Shown here: positions 27,159 to 31,508 of the stretch, one piece after another | Position numbering within the stretch: position 1 is the stretch's first letter | How the letters are laid out: each line of letters begins with the position of its first letter | Virus record (IMG/VR): IMGVR_UViG_3300044513_001732 | Coordinates: 1-31,508 of that record | DNA length: 31,508 nucleotides | Direction: 5' to 3' (one strand) | From: a virus | Taxonomy: Duplodnaviria; Caudoviricetes | Position numbers and translations under genes: made by a program | Notes under the pieces: model-generated | Seen by the model: the letters and a program-made list of their open reading frames with translations, nothing else | Told to the model about the DNA's origin: nothing | Database searches by the model: none

Positions 27159-27227
27159 CTACCTGTTCTTGATGTAAGTAAGAACAATCAAAGTGATGAT
27201 GGGAAAGATGATACTCAAATAAAGCAT
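27159..27227 (-). CDS. 22-aa hydrophobic peptide (leaderless)
   Basis: TTGACG-17-TAAGAT-6-ATG; MLYLSIIFPIITLIVLTYIKNR*. Confidence 0.45.
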   Translation of the reverse strand: MLYLSIIFPIITLIVLTYIKNR

Positions 27228-27280
27228 ACTATTATCTTATTGCGAGTCGGGTACTCCGTCAATACCACAGTTCCAAATAG

Positions 27281-27307
27281 AAAAGCCCGCCACCAGAAGT
27301 GACGGGC
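27281..27307 (-). terminator. intrinsic terminator
   Basis: Minus strand GCCCGTCAC-TTCTG-GTGGCGGGC-TTTT. Confidence 0.75.
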
Positions 27308-27329
27308 AAACGGGTAAGGATAATGCAAC

Positions 27330-27581
27330 TCAGGCTTGGTCTAGTTCGTAAGTATCTTCTAGGATACAGAACATAGTCCAGTTGTAGTGCGATGCGATGT
27401 CGGCAGCAAAGTGCTTCTCATCGGGGTCGTTCCAGTCGTCTGTTAGGACTTGTAGAACGTCGGTAGGTATCTCGGCTAAGGGTTCCTCGGCCTCAATGTC
27501 TACCGATTCGGGAAGGGTTTTACGATTGCTGTAAAGTACCCATCCGATTTCTCGTACAAAGTTATCTCTTGTTAGTTCCAT
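27330..27581 (-). CDS. hypothetical acidic protein
   Basis: Operon context; start could be GTG 27587. Confidence 0.7.
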   Translation of the reverse strand: MELTRDNFVREIGWVLYSNRKTLPESVDIEAEEPLAEIPTDVLQVLTDDWNDPDEKHFAADIASHYNWTMFCILEDTYELDQA

Positions 27582-27596
27582 TTTCACCCCCTTTCC

Positions 27597-27767
27597 TCAG
27601 TTGTCCATGTTCTGCTCTATGTGGATTACTTGGTCGCACTCTCCAGTATTACCATCCCACTCGTCAATGACTTCGTAGTCACCAACGTAAATGGCTTCCT
27701 CGCTGTCGGCTTCGACCAGTTTGTGTGTGTAAATCTCATCTAAGACGAGGATGGTGTATTTGCTCAT
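27597..27767 (-). CDS. small acidic protein (DpnD/PcfM-like)
   Basis: GGAGG SD; VEADSEEA. Confidence 0.6.
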   Translation of the reverse strand: MSKYTILVLDEIYTHKLVEADSEEAIYVGDYEVIDEWDGNTGECDQVIHIEQNMDN

Positions 27768-27768
27768 G

Positions 27769-27990
27769 TCAGTCGTCCTCCTCAATGTCAATGGATTGGA
27801 ACGTGATGCGTCCTAACTTCTCGCTGATGACAGTCCAGTAGCCGTCCTCATCGTCGGCTTTAGCAGAAAACATAGGCATGGCTTCTGATTGTTCGACGTA
27901 AAAGGGGTCTCCTCCTTCATCCCATCCAACGACAAGCAGGGAACCGTCGTCCCTGCCGTCGTAATCGGTGAACCGCAGATACTGCTTCAT
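27769..27990 (-). CDS. hypothetical acidic protein
   Basis: GGAGG SD before ATG 27990. Confidence 0.7.
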   Translation of the reverse strand: MKQYLRFTDYDGRDDGSLLVVGWDEGGDPFYVEQSEAMPMFSAKADDEDGYWTVISEKLGRITFQSIDIEEDD

Positions 27991-27991
27991 G

Positions 27992-28183
27992 TCAGTTGTC
28001 CTCCCATACGTTGATGGGGCAGTAGTCGTCGTCATCCTCAGGGACAACAACGGTGGTGTCGGGAATCCACCAAAGAACAGAATCCCACTTCTCGTATTCC
28101 TCTTGAGCAATCTCGGTTGCTTCTTCAGGGCTGTCAGCCACAACGTCGATGGTGAAAGTCATTGTCTGTCGGTAGCGTGCCAT
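27992..28183 (-). CDS. small acidic protein (DpnD/PcfM-like)
   Basis: FTIDVVADSPEEATEIA. Confidence 0.6.
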   Translation of the reverse strand: MARYRQTMTFTIDVVADSPEEATEIAQEEYEKWDSVLWWIPDTTVVVPEDDDDYCPINVWEDN

Positions 28184-28184
28184 G

Positions 28185-28535
28185 TCAGTTGTCCTCCTGT
28201 TCCTCGGGATATTCCACTTCATCCCAGATGATTGAGTTTAGGCACTCCCAGCCCTGCTCGCACATCCATTCTTCCATCCACCTGTTCCAGCCACCGCTGT
28301 TCATGACAGCATAGACAGCCTCATCCATTTCTTCAGGGATGTACGGCTCTTTACCGTCTGCGTCACGACGCTGTTTGATACTTTCTCTAACGTCGTCCTC
28401 GCTGAACATGGTGCCTGCCCATCCGAACTCTTGCCTCATAGCGTGGAGAAATAGGAAGGCTTGTGTCTCATCCATGATGACGGTTTGGTTTCCCACTTCG
28501 ATGGACTTGTATTGGTTGTTGTCGTCGGTATTCAT
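28185..28535 (-). CDS. hypothetical acidic protein
   Basis: GAGGAG SD, own promoter. Confidence 0.75.
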   Translation of the reverse strand: MNTDDNNQYKSIEVGNQTVIMDETQAFLFLHAMRQEFGWAGTMFSEDDVRESIKQRRDADGKEPYIPEEMDEAVYAVMNSGGWNRWMEEWMCEQGWECLNSIIWDEVEYPEEQEDN

Positions 28536-28630
28536 GTTGCTCCTCTCGGTTGGTTGATTATTGCATTATCCCACAAAAGGGAGAGGACTGTCAAGTCCTC
28601 CCCCCTCCGTAGGGACACCATAGGGATGTA

Positions 28631-29359
28631 TTAGAAGTCTACTAACGCCCCCTGCATAGCAGCGATGCGTTCGTGGTAGTCGATGAGCCGGTCACGAACG
28701 TCATCTTGGATTTCCCATGCGTCGTCGTTGTCCCAGTCAAAGTCCTCGGGCAGATGGTCGCTAAACGAACCGGAACTATCGTAGGTCACACCGTCGATGA
28801 TGACGCTTGCCCCGATAAAGTCCATACCTCCCTCAAAGTAGGTCAGGCTGACCTTCACCCCGAACTTCTGGCTAACCTTTTCCAGTAGAGCGATAGGCGG
28901 TGCCCATGCCGTGTTGCCACTAATGTGGATGGCCTCGGGGTCACGGTCTACGTCGTAGGTGTAACTAACGACATCCATGCTCCACTTCGTGCCCCACTCG
29001 TTGTTTGCCCACGAGTACCAGTCGGCATAGCCGGTCTCGGCCTTCGCACGTTCGGCACGTTCGATGAGAGCGTAATGCTCGGCCTTGTCCTCCTCGTAAT
29101 GCTCGGGAGTCCAACGCTCGTTAGCAGGGTCGTCTACGAGAGCCTGCCAACGCCCCTCGGGGTCGTATTCGCCGGTAGGGGCAGGCGCACGAGTCCCCTG
29201 TAGTACCTCGGGCATGGGAACGAGTCGCATAGGCTGACCCATCTCAGGGTCGCTGTCTGCGCTACGTTCGTAGCCCTCTGACTTCATGATGAAGTCGATG
29301 TTGGAGAGCCTACCGTAGTCGCCCTCAATCGTAATGTGGTTCTCGCACCAGTTAGGCAT
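28631..29359 (-). CDS. DUF1281/YubB-like ferredoxin-fold protein
   Basis: MPNWCEN, WYSWANNEWGTKW, TAWAPP, YFEGGMDF.G. Confidence 0.8.
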   Translation of the reverse strand: MPNWCENHITIEGDYGRLSNIDFIMKSEGYERSADSDPEMGQPMRLVPMPEVLQGTRAPAPTGEYDPEGRWQALVDDPANERWTPEHYEEDKAEHYALIERAERAKAETGYADWYSWANNEWGTKWSMDVVSYTYDVDRDPEAIHISGNTAWAPPIALLEKVSQKFGVKVSLTYFEGGMDFIGASVIIDGVTYDSSGSFSDHLPEDFDWDNDDAWEIQDDVRDRLIDYHERIAAMQGALVDF

Positions 29360-29372
29360 AATGTGTCTCCTA

Positions 29373-29546
29373 TCAGTTGTAGTTGGGGTTGTCTGCGTCG
29401 TAGCCGTAGTCATCGGCACGCTGAGTAACGTAGGCACCAAAGCCGTAGTCCTCAGCCATCTCCGCTAGGTCGTCGTAGTCGATGTCAAAGTCCTCAGGGT
29501 CGTAGCCCTCGGTGTCAATGTCGTAGTGGTCGGTGTAGGTATCCAT
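29373..29546 (-). CDS. 57-aa Asp/Tyr-rich protein (not in ORF track)
   Basis: GAGGAG SD, own promoter; MDTYTDHYDIDTEGYDPEDFDIDYDD... Confidence 0.7.
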   Translation of the reverse strand: MDTYTDHYDIDTEGYDPEDFDIDYDDLAEMAEDYGFGAYVTQRADDYGYDADNPNYN

Positions 29547-29633
29547 GATGCCCTCCTCAGGGTCGTTGTGGTTGGTATTAGTAAAACTAGCATATGGGGG
29601 AGGCTCCTGTCAAATCGGAGCCTCCCCGATGCC

Positions 29634-30026
29634 TCATCGCTTCGGCTGAGTGACCTTCACGGCCTTCACGTTAGCCACCTTCGTGAACTTGTCCACGATG
29701 GCTTGCTTCAGCCACCCTGCGCTCACGGCCTCGTCTACGAGAGCCTGCTGAACGACTCGCTTGCTGAGTCGCTGATGCTGACCCTCTGGCAGAGCCTCAC
29801 GAGCACCCTCTTGGTCGATGGTGCGACGGTTCTGCTCAACGATGGCGACCTTCGTGCCATCTTCCAGAATGACCGCATCGGTGTTGAGAGCACGGAAGGC
29901 TTCCTCAGCCTTCTCTGCCTCAGCCTTAGCCTCTGCGAGCAGAGCACGAGCCTCAATGACTCGCCGTGCCGTCATCTCGTTCACCTTGTCGGTGTTGATG
30001 TTGATGGTTTCGGTGTTGGTGTTCAT
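29634..30026 (-). CDS. hypothetical coiled-coil phage protein
   Basis: AAGGAGG SD; EARALLAEAKAEAEKAEE. Confidence 0.8.
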   Translation of the reverse strand: MNTNTETININTDKVNEMTARRVIEARALLAEAKAEAEKAEEAFRALNTDAVILEDGTKVAIVEQNRRTIDQEGAREALPEGQHQRLSKRVVQQALVDEAVSAGWLKQAIVDKFTKVANVKAVKVTQPKR

Positions 30027-30111
30027 CTGACCCTCCTTAGGTCTGTTATTTGATGATGATTACATCTTACAGCAAGGGTGTGACATTCACAACCCCTGCC
30101 GAAAGATTATT

Positions 30112-30393
30112 TCAGATTTCTTCTCCGCATAGGTAGCACTCGCTACCGACGGGCTGAGTGGTGAAACAGCATGTGGCTTCTTCTACTCGCATAGGTGCGG
30201 TGGCGGTGTCGGCTTCACACCCGCAAGGCTCAGCGTGGAGAATGTAGGTATCGGTGTAGCGGTGCGTCTGTCGGCAGACGTTCGGGTGCTCACGGAGTAG
30301 GTGCTGAAGGTAGGTGTCACGCTCTCGGATAGTGCGCTCGCCGTTGGCTAGTGCTTCGGTTACTCGTTGGTTGATGAGTTGTGTTTTGTTCAT
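30112..30393 (-). CDS. hypothetical Cys-rich protein
   Basis: GGAG SD; ends CYLCGEEI. Confidence 0.65.
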   Translation of the reverse strand: MNKTQLINQRVTEALANGERTIRERDTYLQHLLREHPNVCRQTHRYTDTYILHAEPCGCEADTATAPMRVEEATCCFTTQPVGSECYLCGEEI

Positions 30394-30570
30394 GTCTCCA
30401 TTCTTACCACCGATTGAGACAGAGTGCAACACTCAAAACTTCATCTTCATAAAACTGTAACATTAGAAGAAATCTTGCCGATGGGGTTGCGGTTGGTTCC
30501 CGATGATGGTAGTATCGGTGTCGTACCCGATGAGGTACACTAACTAAACCAACTAGAGAAGGAGCCAGAG

Positions 30571-30762
30571 ATGGCTAAACGTAAGATAAAAGTAGAGTTC
30601 ACCGAAGCAGACCAGCGTAAGGCGCTGGCTCGGATGAACTGGGAGCGTAGTGTCGCAGAGATGGCTGAAGGTCGTCGCCTGCGTGCTACTACGTTCGCAG
30701 ACCGACGCAAGAAGGCTAGCCGTGAGGCGTGCCGGAAGCAGAACCGTCAGGAATGGTTCTGA
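30571..30762 (+). CDS. small basic hypothetical protein
   Basis: AAGGAG SD; RATTFADRRKKASREACR. Confidence 0.75.
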   Translation: MAKRKIKVEFTEADQRKALARMNWERSVAEMAEGRRLRATTFADRRKKASREACRKQNRQEWF

Positions 30763-31040
30763 TGGCTTCCAGAGCAGATGCGACCCCTCTCTCCCTCGGA
30801 GATAGGTTCTATCTAGTCTTAGAAGCCGTCAACATGATTGAGGAAGGTCTAAAGGCTCTCCACGATGAGGCAGTAGATGATGGTATCAAACCCGATGACT
30901 ACGAACTACTGGACTCGCTAGACGAACTCCGCACAACGTCATACGCTTCGCTACTCGCCACAATGGTGAACGACAGAGAAGAAGCAAATGCGATAGTTGC
31001 ACTCATGAAGCAGGAAAGCAAAGCACTCAACAACGAGTAA
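30762..31040 (+). CDS. hypothetical protein
   Basis: TGATG coupling. Confidence 0.7.
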   Translation: MASRADATPLSLGDRFYLVLEAVNMIEEGLKALHDEAVDDGIKPDDYELLDSLDELRTTSYASLLATMVNDREEANAIVALMKQESKALNNE

Positions 31041-31056
31041 AATAGAAAAAGAACCG

Positions 31057-31088
31057 GAGAACCCCGTCAGAAATGGCGGGGTTTTCTC
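31057..31088 (+). terminator. intrinsic terminator
   Basis: GAGAACCCCGTCA-GAAA-TGGCGGGGTTTTCTC. Confidence 0.8.
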
Positions 31089-31123
31089 ATTGCTGCGGGA
31101 CGTTCTGACCGTACACTAGAAGT

Positions 31124-31508
31124 ATGAACTGCGAACGGGATTATCAAAGAACTTGGTTGTATCGCTCCGAATGGGAGATACTTGATGACTTTGATGAACT
31201 TTCGCTGCTAGAATGTTGGCGTTTTCTGGCAGAAACTATCACAAACAAGAAGTTTGTCAAGCGATTTCCACAAACTTATGAGTATTTAGCGGGAAACTGG
31301 GACAAAGCGGGGCGTGCTGACCCGCAGGAACACCGAAGGAAAAGGCTGCTGTATCTTCACCTCGGTGATAAGCGTGGCGGCCTAAAACTACGCCCCGGAT
31401 ACAGAAGAAGGTACGCTGAAGCCCATTGTTCCACGATTACTTTGCCTTGTTGGAGTAGGAATAAACTTACGTTATTGCATGAACTCGCACACATTTGTTG
31501 TTGGAGTG
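31124..31508 (+). CDS. HExxH metallohydrolase (Rv0185/TIGR04338-like), 3'-truncated
   Basis: Open to window end; RDYQRTWLYRSE ... LPCWSRNKLTLLHELAH; TACACT 6 nt before ATG. Confidence 0.75.
   Translation, partial: MNCERDYQRTWLYRSEWEILDDFDELSLLECWRFLAETITNKKFVKRFPQTYEYLAGNWDKAGRADPQEHRRKRLLYLHLGDKRGGLKLRPGYRRRYAEAHCSTITLPCWSRNKLTLLHELAHICCWS

Larger units (their letters stand above)
19992..28621 (+). repeat. dispersed polarised 12-mer TAGGGACACCAT
   Basis: Exact at 20907, 21631, 24820, 28610; one mismatch at 19992, 20003, 20518. Confidence 0.9.
23436..30430 (-). promoter_or_regulatory. array of minus-strand early-type promoters
   Basis: TTGACA -35 at 23465, 24349, 24797, 25544, 26514, 26944, 28594, 29613 (TTGACG 27262), each 17-18 nt from a TAnnnT or GATAAT -10; weaker sites near 30092 and 30430. 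Confidence 0.85.

Noticed and set aside
19992-28639. CRISPR array from the repeated motifs
   Set aside because: Spacing is irregular (11 bp to 3.8 kb), some copies are intragenic, and there are no cas genes
23460-29613. Recurrent TGTCAAG as L5-type stoperators
   Set aside because: Each copy is explained as a minus-strand TTGACA -35 correctly spaced from a -10
21774-30053. Many plus-strand ORFs over the minus-strand early region
   Set aside because: Antisense to genes with clear SDs, promoters and motifs; no recognisable domains
1-31508. Alternative genetic code, or prophage integration at a tRNA
   Set aside because: ORFs are dense and intact under code 11 with all three stops used; no suppressor tRNA, integrase or duplicated tRNA 3' end seen

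Overview
This window reads as a non-structural segment of a large tailed dsDNA phage, probably infecting an actinobacterium (WhiB regulator, several leaderless genes, a Thr-rich lipoprotein phosphoesterase, an Rv0185-like HExxH protein). No capsid, tail, integrase or CRISPR genes are visible. (1) 1-12.8 kb holds 11 Fe(II)/2-oxoglutarate dioxygenase genes, including a four-member paralogue family, a TauD-type and an HxH-type enzyme. They are interleaved with DUF6065, an altered glutathione-peroxidase fold, a degenerate SAM-methyltransferase fold and small unknowns, and end at a thioredoxin. (2) 12.8-21.7 kb holds accessory genes, five tRNAs (Ser-UGA, Trp-CCA, Arg-UCU, Thr-UGU and an atypical Ile-UAU), WhiB, a probable small terminase and three RHH-like regulators. 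An extremely sharp A/C-to-G/T strand-bias inversion lies at about 18.73 kb. (3) 21.8-30.4 kb is a minus-strand early-type region of promoter-gene cassettes (MoxR AAA + HExxH-VWA pair, DUF932, DUF1281-like, many small acidic proteins) with shared junction sequences. A polarised 12-mer TAGGGACACCAT occurs 7 times (4 exact), only to the right of the inversion. All family calls are by motif recognition, not database searches.
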